Origin: Planctomycetota bacterium
GTDB lineage: Bacteria; Planctomycetota; B15-G4
DNA length: 30,101 nt
Assembly (NCBI GenBank): GCA_038212275.1
Contig: JBBQUR010000032.1
Location: 1-30,101, forward strand
Direction of reading: 5' to 3'
The notes under the pieces were generated by a model. It worked only from the letters and a program-made list of their open reading frames with translations, was not told where the DNA came from and did no database searches. Position 1 is the stretch's first letter; the number at the start of each line of letters is the position of its first letter. This document shows, one piece after another, positions 9,767 through 20,367 of this stretch. Made by a program: the position numbers and the translations under genes.

Positions 9767-10756
9767 GTGTCCGACATCCTGGAACGCGGCGCGCGCATCG
9801 AGGCCGAGGCGCGCTTTCTGCAGGACCTCGTCAGCGAGGTCGAGCGCGTAGTGGTGGGCCAGCGCCGGCTCGTCGAGCGCCTGGTCATCGGCCTGCTGAC
9901 CGACAGCCACATCCTCATCGAGGGCGTGCCGGGCCTCGCCAAGACGCTGGTCATCCGCAGCCTGGCGCGCGCGCTGGACATCTCCTTCCACCGCATCCAG
10001 TTCACGCCGGACCTGCTGCCCAGCGACGTGACGGGCACGCAGGTCTACAACCCCGCCAGCGGCGAGTTCACGGTGCGAAAGGGCCCGGTCTTCGCCAATC
10101 TCGTGCTCGCCGACGAGATCAACCGCGCGCCGGCCAAGGTGCAGAGCGCGCTGCTCGAGGCGATGCAGGAGCGGCAGGTCACCATCGGCGAGACCACCTT
10201 CGACCTGCCGAAGCCTTTCTTCGTGATGGCCACGCAGAACCCGCTGGAGCAGCAGGGCACGTATCCGCTGCCCGAGGCGCAGCTCGACCGCTTCCTGCTC
10301 AAGGTGCTGGTGGACTACCCGGCGCGCGACGACGAGCGCCGCATCGTGGACCAGCACGCCCGCACCGGCTCCCATGCCGAGGTGAGGCAGGTGACCTCCG
10401 CCGCGCAGCTCCAGCACGCCATCCGCATGCTGGACGAGATCTACGTGGACGAGCGCGTCACCGGCTACATCGTCGACGTCGTGCGCGCGACGCGGGATCC
10501 CGCGGCCGTGAAGCTGCCCGACCTGGCACCGCTCATCGACACGGGTGCAAGTCCGCGTGCCTCCATCGCTCTGGCGCTCGCCGGCCGCGCCCACGCCTTC
10601 ATGGCGGGCCGCGCCTACGTCACGCCGCAGGACATCAAGTCCATGGCGCATGACGTGCTGCGCCATCGCCTGCTGCTCTCGTACGAGGCCGAGGCGCGCG
10701 ACATCAAGGTGGAGGACGTGATCACGCGCATCCTTGATCACGTCGAAGTGCCCTGA
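9767..10756 (+). CDS. moxR: MoxR-family AAA+ ATPase
   Basis: Walker A GVPGLAKT, RIQFTPDLLPSD, Walker B LADEINRA, ATQNP, YPLPEAQLDRF, GASPRA. Preceded by GGAGG. Confidence 0.95.
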   Translation: MSDILERGARIEAEARFLQDLVSEVERVVVGQRRLVERLVIGLLTDSHILIEGVPGLAKTLVIRSLARALDISFHRIQFTPDLLPSDVTGTQVYNPASGEFTVRKGPVFANLVLADEINRAPAKVQSALLEAMQERQVTIGETTFDLPKPFFVMATQNPLEQQGTYPLPEAQLDRFLLKVLVDYPARDDERRIVDQHARTGSHAEVRQVTSAAQLQHAIRMLDEIYVDERVTGYIVDVVRATRDPAAVKLPDLAPLIDTGASPRASIALALAGRAHAFMAGRAYVTPQDIKSMAHDVLRHRLLLSYEAEARDIKVEDVITRILDHVEVP

Positions 10757-10803
10757 GCGTCCCTGCCACCCGCGCGCCGAAGCCCGAAGCCCGAGGCGCA
10801 GGC

Positions 10804-11754
10804 GTGTCGTCGTTGGAGTCCGTGAGTCACGTGAAGCAGGTCTCGCCGCAGCAACCCGTGGACAGTGCCGGTGAGCCGGACACCGCGGAGATCCTCCGCG
10901 CGGTGCGGCGCGTGCAGCTCGCGACGCGGCGCACGGTCACCGACATGGTGGCGGGCGGCTTCCGCTCGTCGTTCCGCGGCAGCGGCATGGAGTTCGAGGA
11001 GGTGCGCGAATACGTCGCCGGCGACGACGTGCGCGCGATCGACTGGAACGTGACGGCGCGCATGGGCCACCCGTACATCAAGAAGTTCGTCGAGGAGCGC
11101 GAGCAGACGATCATGCTTGCGGTGGACAGCTCGGCCAGTGCGCGCCTCGGTTCCGGCGTGCGCAACGTGCGCCAGGCGGCGGCGGAATTGGCTGCGATCC
11201 TGGCCTTTTCCGCGGTGGGGAGCGGCGATCGCGCCGGACTGCTGATGTTCTCGGATCGCGTGGAGCTGGAGCTGCCCCCGCGCGGCGGAAGCCGGCAGGC
11301 CTTCCGCATCACGCGCGAAGCGCTGTATCGGCACGCCGAGTCGCCGCGCACCTCGGTGGGGCTCGCCTGCGACCATCTCGCGCGCGTGCTCAAGCGCCGC
11401 GCCTACGTGTTCCTGCTGTCTGATTTCCTCGCTCCGGACTTCGAGCGCCCGCTCGGCATCCTCGCGCGACGCCACGACGTGGTTGCGCTGCGCCTCGTGG
11501 ACAACTGCCAGCAGGCGCTGCCGGACGTCGGCCTGCTCAACTGGAATGACCCGGAGACGGGCCGGACGCTCCTGGTGGACAGCAGCTCGCGCGCGGTGCG
11601 CACCATGGTGGCCGAGCGCGCGACGGCGCGGCAGGCCGCGTTGCGCGCGACCTTCGGTCGCCACGGCGTGGACCTCGTCGACGTGCCGGTCGGGGCGGGC
11701 GTGGTCGAGCCGCTCGTGGCCTACCTGCATCGACGCGAACGGAGGTTGCGGTGA
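10804..11754 (+). CDS. DUF58 domain protein (VWA-like MoxR partner)
   Basis: GSGMEFEEVREYxxGDDVRAIDWNVTAR, VDSSAS, LSDF. Follows moxR. Start could be GTG 10831. Confidence 0.9.
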   Translation: MSSLESVSHVKQVSPQQPVDSAGEPDTAEILRAVRRVQLATRRTVTDMVAGGFRSSFRGSGMEFEEVREYVAGDDVRAIDWNVTARMGHPYIKKFVEEREQTIMLAVDSSASARLGSGVRNVRQAAAELAAILAFSAVGSGDRAGLLMFSDRVELELPPRGGSRQAFRITREALYRHAESPRTSVGLACDHLARVLKRRAYVFLLSDFLAPDFERPLGILARRHDVVALRLVDNCQQALPDVGLLNWNDPETGRTLLVDSSSRAVRTMVAERATARQAALRATFGRHGVDLVDVPVGAGVVEPLVAYLHRRERRLR

Positions 11755-12701
11755 ACGCGTGGCGTGCCCTGCTCGTCGCGCTGCTGCTGCCGTGCGCGGC
11801 GCTCGCGGACCTCGTGAACACCGAGGTACCGCAGCCGGCGTATTCGGTGCAAGTGCCGCCGGGCGTGCTGTCCCTGGGCCAGCGGCTCGAGCTGCGCGTG
11901 CGCGGCCCGCTCAAGTCGGACAGCTACCTTCCGGTGCCGTCGCCGCCCGAGGGCATCGAGGTCGGCGCGAGCCGCATCGAAACCGGCTCCGGCGAGAGGG
12001 TGCTCTACCTGCCGCTGCGCGTCACGCGCGAAGGCGTCACGCGGCTCGACGGACTCGAGATCGTCAGCGGGGACGTGCACGAGCCGCTGCCGCCGGTCGA
12101 GTTGACCGTGGCGCTCGACCTGCCTGCGGGGCACACGCCTCGCGTGGCGGCGGCGCTGCCGCCCGTGACGCTGCCCGGCGTGCCGGCGTGGATGATCGCC
12201 GGCGGCATCGCGCTCGGCGCGGCGCTGCTGATCGCGGCGTATCTGCTGTGGAAGCGGCGTGGCGTGCCCGAGGAGCGCGTCGTCGCTCCGCCGCGCGCTC
12301 CGGCCGAGGTGGCGGCCGAGGCCTTCGCCCGCCTGCGCACGCGCCTGCCGCGCACGGCGGACGACGTGCCGCCCTTTCTCACGGAACTCTCCGACGTGCT
12401 GCGCACATACATCGAGGACCGTTTCGGCGTGCGCGCGCCGGAGTCCACGACCGAGGAATTCCTGTCGGTCGTCGCGCAGCGGCATGACGCGCTGGCGAGC
12501 CGGCGCGAGTCGCTTGCGGGTTTCCTCACGCGTTGCGATCTGGTGAAGTTTGCGCGGCATCGTCCGGAGCCGGGCTTCGCGCTGCCGTTGCTGGAACTCG
12601 CGGAGGGCTTCGTCGCCGCCACGCGGCCGGCGCCGGCTGCGGACGACGCGGAGGCGAGCCCTCCCGTCGATGCGGCGACGCCCGCAGAGGTGGCCGCATG
12701 A
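11751..12701 (+). CDS. Membrane protein of the bat operon (signal peptide, beta-rich domain, TM helix, DUF4381-like cytoplasmic tail)
   Basis: GTGA and ATGA overlaps with neighbours. LSDVLRTYIEDRFGVRAPESTTEE and DLVKFA resemble the gene usually found between DUF58 and batA. Confidence 0.75.
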   Translation: MNAWRALLVALLLPCAALADLVNTEVPQPAYSVQVPPGVLSLGQRLELRVRGPLKSDSYLPVPSPPEGIEVGASRIETGSGERVLYLPLRVTREGVTRLDGLEIVSGDVHEPLPPVELTVALDLPAGHTPRVAAALPPVTLPGVPAWMIAGGIALGAALLIAAYLLWKRRGVPEERVVAPPRAPAEVAAEAFARLRTRLPRTADDVPPFLTELSDVLRTYIEDRFGVRAPESTTEEFLSVVAQRHDALASRRESLAGFLTRCDLVKFARHRPEPGFALPLLELAEGFVAATRPAPAADDAEASPPVDAATPAEVAA

Positions 12702-13663
12702 TCCTCGGCGACCCGTGGTTCCTGTTGCTGCTGCTGCCGCTGCTGGTGCTGGCCTTCCGGCGCCTGCGCCGGGCGCGGCCCGCCATCGACGCCGGCAGCG
12801 AGTACGTGCTCGCCGACCTGCCGTCGACGTGGCGCACGCGGACCGCGTGGCTGCCCGGCGCGCTCTCGCTGCTTGGCGGCGTGCTGATCGTCGTCGCGCT
12901 GGCGCGCCCGATGGTGGGCCGCGAGGAGTCCCGCGTGCTCAGCGAGGGCATCGACATCATGCTCGTGGTGGACACGTCCACCTCGATGCTCGATGACAGC
13001 CTGCTGGCCGGCACCACGAACCTCGACGTGGTCAAGGCGGTGGTGGCCGACTTCGCGAAGGGGCGCAAGGACGACCGCGTCGGCCTGCTCAGCTTCGCCG
13101 GCTTCCCGCGCACGGAATGCCCGCTCACGCTGGACATGGGCGGCCTGCTCACGCGCATCGGCGACGTGAAGTGCGTGAGCAAGAACAGCGAAGAGGACGG
13201 CACGGCCATTGGCGTCGGGCTCGCACAGGCCGCGCGCAAGCTGAAGGACAGCGACGCGAAGAGCAAGGTGATCGTGCTGCTCACCGACGGCGAGGAGACC
13301 CGCTTCACGATCGATCCGGCCGAGGCCGCCAGGCTCTGCCACACGCTCGGCATCCGCGTCTACACCATCGGCGCGGGGCGGCAGCTCTACCCGAGAGGCG
13401 GGATGATCGCGGAAAAGCCGTTCGACACGACGCTGCTCGAGCAGATCGCGGCCGAGACGGGCGGCCGTTTCTGGCGCGCGCGCGACGCCGAGACGCTGGC
13501 CTCGATTTATGCGGAAATCGACACGCTCGAGCGCACGCAGCGCCAGGACGTCCGCTACACGGACTGGGACGACCTCTACCCCTGGCTGCTCCTGCCGGCG
13601 ACGATCCTGCTGGCGCTCGAGCTGCTGCTCCGGCGCGGCCCCTACCTGGAGTTCGCTGCGTGA
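12698..13663 (+). CDS. batA: BatA-like membrane VWA protein
   Basis: N-terminal PWFLLLLLPL, ALARP, GIDIMLVVDTSTSM (MIDAS), DGTAIG, LLTDGE, C-terminal TM. ATGA overlap. Confidence 0.88.
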   Translation: MILGDPWFLLLLLPLLVLAFRRLRRARPAIDAGSEYVLADLPSTWRTRTAWLPGALSLLGGVLIVVALARPMVGREESRVLSEGIDIMLVVDTSTSMLDDSLLAGTTNLDVVKAVVADFAKGRKDDRVGLLSFAGFPRTECPLTLDMGGLLTRIGDVKCVSKNSEEDGTAIGVGLAQAARKLKDSDAKSKVIVLLTDGEETRFTIDPAEAARLCHTLGIRVYTIGAGRQLYPRGGMIAEKPFDTTLLEQIAAETGGRFWRARDAETLASIYAEIDTLERTQRQDVRYTDWDDLYPWLLLPATILLALELLLRRGPYLEFAA

Positions 13664-15711
13664 CCTTCACGACACCACAGATGCTGCTGTGGCTGCCCGC
13701 CTGCCTGGCGCTCGCCTGGCTCGCGGTGTGGGCGTCGGGCGCGGCGGCGCGGCGGCGGCAGCTCCTGCTGGGGCCGCAGGCAGGCCGGCTCGCGCCGCGC
13801 TTCTCGGCCACGCGACGCCTCGTGCGGGACGGACTGGCCGTGCTCGCCGTGGCGCTGTGCCTGCTCGCCCTGGCCGGGCCGCAGTTCGGCAGCTTCCTGC
13901 GCGACGTGCAGCAGCGCGGCGTGGACGTGATGGTCGTGCTCGACACCAGCCGCAGCATGCTGGCGCGCGACATCCCGCCGTCGCGGCTCGAGCGCGCGCG
14001 CCGCGAGGTGCGCGGGCTGCTCGACAAGATGCACGGCGATCGCATCGGCCTGGTGACCTTCGCCGGCGATGCCCGCGTGATCTGCCCGCTCACCGCGGAC
14101 CCGACGACCTTCCGCCTCTTCCTCGACGACGTGGACACGTCCAGCAGCAGCACCGGCGGCACGGCCATCGGCGAGGGACTCGAGAAGGCGCTCGACAGCT
14201 TCGATCCGAACGTGACCAGCGCACGCGTCATCGTGCTTCTCTCGGACGGCGAGGACCACGACAGCGACCCGCCGCCGTCGGAGGTCGCCTACCGCGCGAA
14301 GGTCGCGGGAATTCCCGTGCATGTCGTGGCCTTCGGCGCGCCGGGCGGTGCCGAGATTCCCATCGTGGATGACGACGGGCGCCTCGTCCTCGTGCGCGAC
14401 AAGGACAATCGGCCCGTCATCTCGGAACCGGACGACGACCTGCTTGCGGGCATCGCCAATGTCGCCGGGGGCAGCTTCCTGTCCGCCGCGCGCACGGCCT
14501 TTCCGCTCGACGAGATCTGGGAGAAGCGCATCGCCACGATGGAAGGCGTGACGCGCGACAGCAGCACGCGGCGCGAGGGCGTCAATCGCTTCCAGTGGGT
14601 GCTCATGCTGGTGCTGGCGCTCCTCGGCGCGCGGGAGCTCATGGCGGAAGGACGAAAGTCCGGGTCACACCTGCCTGCCGGATCGCACCTGCCTGCCGGA
14701 TCGCGCCCGCAGTCCGGAGCGCCGCTGCCCGTGGGGTCGCGCTCGACGTCGGCGACGCGGAAGGCCGTCGTCGGCTCACCTGCCGCGCCGCTCCTCGCGC
14801 TGCTGCTGCTCCCGCTGCTGGCGCCGACCGCGGCCGCGGACGAAGGCCGCGGCGAGGCGCTGCTGCGCGAAGCGCTCGCGGCGCTCGCCGCCAATGATCC
14901 GACAACAGCGCTGGAGAAGGCGAAGGAGGCGCGCCCCGATCTCCCGGGCTCGCCGGTGCTCGCCAACATCGTGGCGGACTGCGAACGCATGCTGGGCCAC
15001 TGGGACGACGCGCTGGCGGCCTATGCCTCCGGAGCGCAGGGTGACTACGGGCATCGCGCGCACTTCAATGCCGGCGTCACCGGCCACGAGCGCGCGGAGA
15101 AGGCGCTGGCCGAGGCGCAGGTGCCGCTGGATCCTGCAGGCCTGCCCGAAGGACCGCAACCCGAGATGCTCAAGGCGATCAACGAGAACATGCCGCACCT
15201 GCAGCGTGCACGCGAGCAGTTCCTGGATGCGCTCGACGAGCAGCCCGGCGATGGGGCGGCACGCGAGTCCGTGGGCGCCCTCAATCGGCGCCTCGACGAG
15301 CTGCGCTCCATGCAGGAGGAACTCGAGAAGCGCAAGCAGGAACAGCAGGACAAGGACAAGCAGGACGACAAGGACAAGGACAAGGACAAGCAGGACAAGG
15401 ACGAGCAGAAGAAGGACGACCAGAAGGACCAGGACAAGCAGGACGGCGACAAGGACAAGCAGGACCAGAAGCAGGAGCCCGAAGACAAGCCGGGCGACAA
15501 GGACAAGCAGGGCCAGGACAAGCAGGACCCGAAGGACGGCAAGCCCGACGATCAGCCCGGCGATCCCAAGGACGGCAAGCCCGACGACAAGCTCGGGAAG
15601 GAGCAGGTCCAGCAGCTCATGGACCAGCTGGCGGATCTCGAGAAGCAGGGACGTGAGCTGCAGAAGGCGCGCGAGGTCGCGCGGCGCCGCGCCGTGGAGA
15701 AGGACTGGTGA
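13660..15711 (+). CDS. BatB-like VWA domain fused to a BatC-like TPR and K/D/Q-rich region
   Basis: ALAGPQFG, DTSRSMLARD, PSRL, PLT, LSDGEDH, then two hydrophobic segments, TPR-like helices, a KDKQD low-complexity tract and a C-terminal EKDW typical of BatC. Confidence 0.85.
   Translation: MTFTTPQMLLWLPACLALAWLAVWASGAAARRRQLLLGPQAGRLAPRFSATRRLVRDGLAVLAVALCLLALAGPQFGSFLRDVQQRGVDVMVVLDTSRSMLARDIPPSRLERARREVRGLLDKMHGDRIGLVTFAGDARVICPLTADPTTFRLFLDDVDTSSSSTGGTAIGEGLEKALDSFDPNVTSARVIVLLSDGEDHDSDPPPSEVAYRAKVAGIPVHVVAFGAPGGAEIPIVDDDGRLVLVRDKDNRPVISEPDDDLLAGIANVAGGSFLSAARTAFPLDEIWEKRIATMEGVTRDSSTRREGVNRFQWVLMLVLALLGARELMAEGRKSGSHLPAGSHLPAGSRPQSGAPLPVGSRSTSATRKAVVGSPAAPLLALLLLPLLAPTAAADEGRGEALLREALAALAANDPTTALEKAKEARPDLPGSPVLANIVADCERMLGHWDDALAAYASGAQGDYGHRAHFNAGVTGHERAEKALAEAQVPLDPAGLPEGPQPEMLKAINENMPHLQRAREQFLDALDEQPGDGAARESVGALNRRLDELRSMQEELEKRKQEQQDKDKQDDKDKDKDKQDKDEQKKDDQKDQDKQDGDKDKQDQKQEPEDKPGDKDKQGQDKQDPKDGKPDDQPGDPKDGKPDDKLGKEQVQQLMDQLADLEKQGRELQKAREVARRRAVEKDW
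14662..14751 (+). repeat. In-frame 18-bp tandem repeat (5 decaying units) in the BatB-BatC linker
   Basis: gggtcacacctgcctgcc ggatcgcacctgcctgcc ggatcgcgcccgcagtcc and so on. Encodes GSHLPA GSHLPA GSRPQS GAPLPV GSRSTS. Confidence 0.8.
15331..15600 (+). repeat. Low-complexity K/D/Q codon tract (gacaag/caggac repeats)
   Basis: Encodes QDKDKQDDKDKDKDKQDKDEQKK...PKDGKPDD repeated twice. Confidence 0.85.
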
Positions 15712-17471
15712 TGCTGCGCGCGGGACCATGGCGCGGCGTCTTCCTCGTCGGCTGCGTACTGCTGTTCGCGGCCGGGGCCCTGGCGGGACAGGGTGCGGAC
15801 ACGCCGCGTTTTTCCGTGCGCGTGGATCCGCCGTCGGGCGAGGTCGGTCAGCTCATGACGATGTTCGTCGCGGTCGAAGGCTCGGTGGGTTCCGACTGCA
15901 ATCTCATGGAGACGCCGCTGATCGACGGAGGCCGCCTCGACTTCGCGCAGGGGCCGAACAACCAGCAGAGCAGCAGGTGGGAGAACGGCCGGCTGACGCG
16001 CTCGATACGCACCGAGTGGGTCTTCCAGCTCGTGCCCGAGCGCGCCGGTCAGATGGTCGTCCCGCCGCTGCGCTTCAACTGCCGTGGTGAGGAGGTCTTC
16101 ACCGCGCCCGTTTCGGTGCTGGTGACGCCATCGACCATCGAGGGCGGTCTGCTGACGCTCGACCTGCAGCCCAGCGCAGACCGCCTGTGGGCCGGCCAGT
16201 CCTTCCAGATCGATGTCGTGGCGACCATCGACTTGAAGCGCTTCGACCAGATCATGAAGAACTCGTACACGCTGGACCTGCCGTGGCTGGACGGCGTGCC
16301 CGGCCTGCTGCGGCTGAACACGCCGCCGCCGTCGGGCGATCCGGCCACCGTGCGCCTCGTCGGCCGGCGCGACGCGCTCGAGATGCGCGCATCGCGCGAC
16401 GGCACGGGCACGCGCCTCGTGCTGCGCCGCACCATCGACATGCTCGCCACCGCCGCGGGCCAGATCGAGCTGCCCGACTCGCGTTTCGCCGCGACGCTCG
16501 CCGTCGAGACGGCGCGGGATCGCGGTGACCGGTTCAGTCTCTTCGGCAACTCGCTTGAGGTGACGAAGGCGGTGGTCGTCGATGCGCGCGCGTCCGGCGT
16601 CACCATCGACGTGCAGGCGCCGCCCGAGACGGGACGCCCGCCGTCCTTCACCGACGCGGTGGGCCGCTTCCGATTCACCGGCACTGCCGCGCCCACGACA
16701 CTCCGCGTCGGCGACTCGTGCATGCTCACGCTGACGCTCACCGGGGACGGCAACCTGGACTACATGACCTGGCCGGCCTTCGACGAGCTTTCGCGCAACT
16801 TCCGGATCTACGGCAAGAACGAGCGCAAGCTGCCGCGCACGCGCGTGCTCGAGATCCAGGTGTCGCCGAAGACGGCGCTCGTCACCGAAGTGCCGAGGCT
16901 CGAGGTCTCCGCTTTCGATCCGGAGCAGGGCCGCTACGAGACCCTGAGCACGGGCCCGTTTCCGCTGTCGGTCAGTCCGGGCGGAGAAGACGGACTGTCG
17001 ACGCTGGAGAGTCGCTCCGAGACGCTGTCGAATCTGGAGACGATCCGCGACGTGCTGCCGCCGCCGTCCGGCGCGCGCGCGCCGGCCTGGTTGTGGTGGG
17101 TGCCGGCGCTGCTCGTGCTGCTCGGCGTGGACCTGCGCGCGCGGCGCCAGGCGTGGCGCGCCCGCAACCCGTCGATGCTGCGGCGCAAGGCGGCGCGCGC
17201 GACGCTTGAAGTGGCGCTCGCCGCAGCCGGGGATGCACACGCGGTGTGCACCGCCTTCGGACACTTCCTCTCCGCGCGCCTCGATGGCCCGCCGGCCGGA
17301 CTGACGGCGGTGGAAGCCGGAGAGCGCCTGGCGGACGCGGAGCTTCGCGAGGCCCTGCGCCAGGCCTACGGGCGCTGGGAGGCCAGCGCGATGGGCGGCC
17401 TGCGCTTCGACCTCGATGCGGCGCGTCGCGACGCGGCGCAGCTCGCCGACCGCGTGGAGGCCGCGTCATGA
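15708..17471 (+). CDS. batD: BatD-family protein
   Basis: Signal peptide, beta-rich repeats, AVGRF, GDxxxLTLTLTGDGN, FDPxxGRY, C-terminal TM. Position in the operon. Start 15708 or 15711. Confidence 0.85.
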   Translation: MMLRAGPWRGVFLVGCVLLFAAGALAGQGADTPRFSVRVDPPSGEVGQLMTMFVAVEGSVGSDCNLMETPLIDGGRLDFAQGPNNQQSSRWENGRLTRSIRTEWVFQLVPERAGQMVVPPLRFNCRGEEVFTAPVSVLVTPSTIEGGLLTLDLQPSADRLWAGQSFQIDVVATIDLKRFDQIMKNSYTLDLPWLDGVPGLLRLNTPPPSGDPATVRLVGRRDALEMRASRDGTGTRLVLRRTIDMLATAAGQIELPDSRFAATLAVETARDRGDRFSLFGNSLEVTKAVVVDARASGVTIDVQAPPETGRPPSFTDAVGRFRFTGTAAPTTLRVGDSCMLTLTLTGDGNLDYMTWPAFDELSRNFRIYGKNERKLPRTRVLEIQVSPKTALVTEVPRLEVSAFDPEQGRYETLSTGPFPLSVSPGGEDGLSTLESRSETLSNLETIRDVLPPPSGARAPAWLWWVPALLVLLGVDLRARRQAWRARNPSMLRRKAARATLEVALAAAGDAHAVCTAFGHFLSARLDGPPAGLTAVEAGERLADAELREALRQAYGRWEASAMGGLRFDLDAARRDAAQLADRVEAAS

Positions 17472-18424
17472 TCCGGCGCCTCGCGATGGCCTGCGCGCTG
17501 CTCGTCGCCTGCTGCGCGCCCGCAACGGCTGCGCCAGTCCCGCCAGTCCCGTTAGTCCCGCCGGTTCAGTCGGTTCAGTCGGTTCAGTCGGCCACACCGT
17601 CGACTACCGAATCGGCGCCCATCGCACCGGAGATCGGACAGGACGTGGAGTCGGCTGCGATGACGATCGATGCGGCGGGCGCGATGCAGGACATCCGCGG
17701 TGACGACGCATCGGAGCCGAACCCGGACATGGCGTCGGCCGTCGCCGCGTACCGCGCGGGGCGATACGCCGAGGCCAGCATGGCCTTCGCCCGGCTTGCC
17801 GACGCGGAGCCCGACGCGACGCGCGCCGGCGTGCTGCACTGCAACGCCGGCACGGCCGCCGCGCGGGACGAGCAGCTGGGCGAGGCCCTGTGGCAGTTGC
17901 GGCGTGCACGCATGCTGCTCCCACGCGATCCTCAGGCCAGCGCCAATCTCGAGCGGGTGAGGGCGCTGCTGGCCGCGTCCGCCGGCAGCCCGGCTGTCGC
18001 GGCCAGCAGCGACACGACGACGTTCGTGCGCACGCTGCGCGACCTGCCCCTGCACGCCACGCTGGACGAGTCGGGCACCGCCTGCGCCATCGTGGCCGGC
18101 GTTGCGCTGCTGCTGCTTGCGGGCTGGCGTGCCGCAAGGCTGCCGCGCGCGATGGCCGGCGTGGCACTGACGCTGCTCTGCATGTCGCTCGCCTGGTGGT
18201 TCCTGGCCCGTGCGGGGTGGGAGCACGAAGAGCGGCGCGCCGTGGTGATCGCCGCGTCGGTCAACGGCCGGGCCGAGCCTTCCGCCGAGAGCGAGACGCT
18301 GTTTCACCTCGCGGCCGGCACCGTGCTGACAGCCGAGGAACAGCGTGGCGCATGGCGGCTGGTGCAGTCCGACACGAACGCGCGCGGCTGGGTGCCGGCC
18401 GACGAGGTGCGTCCGCTGCGCTGA
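17468..18424 (+). CDS. batE: BatE-like protein (signal, TPR, two TM helices, C-terminal SH3b)
   Basis: AYRAGRYAEA, CNAG, PRDxxAxANL, and SH3-type RAEPS...GAWRLV...GWV. ATGA overlap with batD. Confidence 0.8.
   Translation: MIRRLAMACALLVACCAPATAAPVPPVPLVPPVQSVQSVQSATPSTTESAPIAPEIGQDVESAAMTIDAAGAMQDIRGDDASEPNPDMASAVAAYRAGRYAEASMAFARLADAEPDATRAGVLHCNAGTAAARDEQLGEALWQLRRARMLLPRDPQASANLERVRALLAASAGSPAVAASSDTTTFVRTLRDLPLHATLDESGTACAIVAGVALLLLAGWRAARLPRAMAGVALTLLCMSLAWWFLARAGWEHEERRAVVIAASVNGRAEPSAESETLFHLAAGTVLTAEEQRGAWRLVQSDTNARGWVPADEVRPLR
17534..17590 (+). repeat. In-frame 9-bp tandem repeats after the BatE signal peptide
   Basis: ccagtcccg x2, ttagtcccg, ccggttcag, tcggttcag x2. Encodes PVP PVP LVP PVQ SVQ SVQ. 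Confidence 0.8.
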
Positions 18425-18429
18425 GCGCG

Positions 18430-19794
<1,365 letters not shown>

Positions 19795-19802
19795 CGGTGG
19801 CC

Positions 19803-19808
19803 ACTGTA
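19803..19808 (-). promoter_or_regulatory. Putative -10 box (TACAGT) for a near-leaderless activator mRNA
   Basis: TACAGT lies 8 nt before ATG 19794, with no SD between. Confidence 0.35.
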
Positions 19809-19890
19809 GCGGAGCGATGGCCGCGGCCGGGACCGATTCCTCGCCGGGCTTGTCCTGGGGCGGTCGCTTCATCATGTGTACATGTCCGGG

Positions 19891-20265
19891 TCAGTGCTTT
19901 GCGAGGGCGCTCGCGACAAGGGATTCCACCTCATCGAGGTCAAAGGGCTTGAGCCGGACGACGTACGCCCCGGCTGCCATCGCCTGCTTCGCGATGGCCG
20001 GCGAGTCGTCCGCCGTGAGCACGATCACAGGGGTCGACGGGTGGCGGGCGTGGAGCACGTCGAAGAGCTGAAGGTCACGGCTGTCCGGGAGGCGCAGGTC
20101 CAGCAGCACGAGTTCGGGAGGCAGCCGCGCCACGCCGCAGAGTTCGAGCGCCTCCCGGGCCGACCCGGCCTGGAGCACCCGATAGCCCGCCGCGCTGAGG
20201 CGCTCGCTGAGAGCCCACCTCACGAGGTGGTCGTCATCGACGACGAGGACTGTGGCTGCAGTCAT
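19891..20265 (-). CDS. Single-domain response regulator (receiver only), 124 aa
   Basis: VLVVDDD, phospho-acceptor LLDLRLPD, VLTA, KPF. Preceded by CAAGAACACCCC. Confidence 0.9.
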   Translation of the reverse strand: MTAATVLVVDDDHLVRWALSERLSAAGYRVLQAGSAREALELCGVARLPPELVLLDLRLPDSRDLQLFDVLHARHPSTPVIVLTADDSPAIAKQAMAAGAYVVRLKPFDLDEVESLVASALAKH

Positions 20266-20302
20266 GGGGTGTTCTTGCCGGCGCCGGGAGTGGGGCGTAA
20301 CG

Positions 20303-20319
20303 TTGGCCCGGGGCTTGCA
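20303..20319 (+). promoter_or_regulatory. Sigma54 (-24/-12) promoter towards the histidine kinase
   Basis: TTGGCCCGGGGCTTGCA: GG at 20305-20306, exactly 10 nt, GC at 20317-20318, followed by A. Confidence 0.7.
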
Positions 20320-20321
20320 AC

Positions 20322-20338
20322 TGCAAATCCCGGGCCGA
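20322..20338 (-). promoter_or_regulatory. Sigma54 (-24/-12) promoter towards the receiver and activator genes
   Basis: Minus strand TCGGCCCGGGATTTGCA: GG at 20336-20335, exactly 10 nt, GC at 20324-20323, followed by A. Confidence 0.6.
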
Positions 20339-20367
20339 CGAGGTCCGAGTGGAGGTCGGGAGACCGC

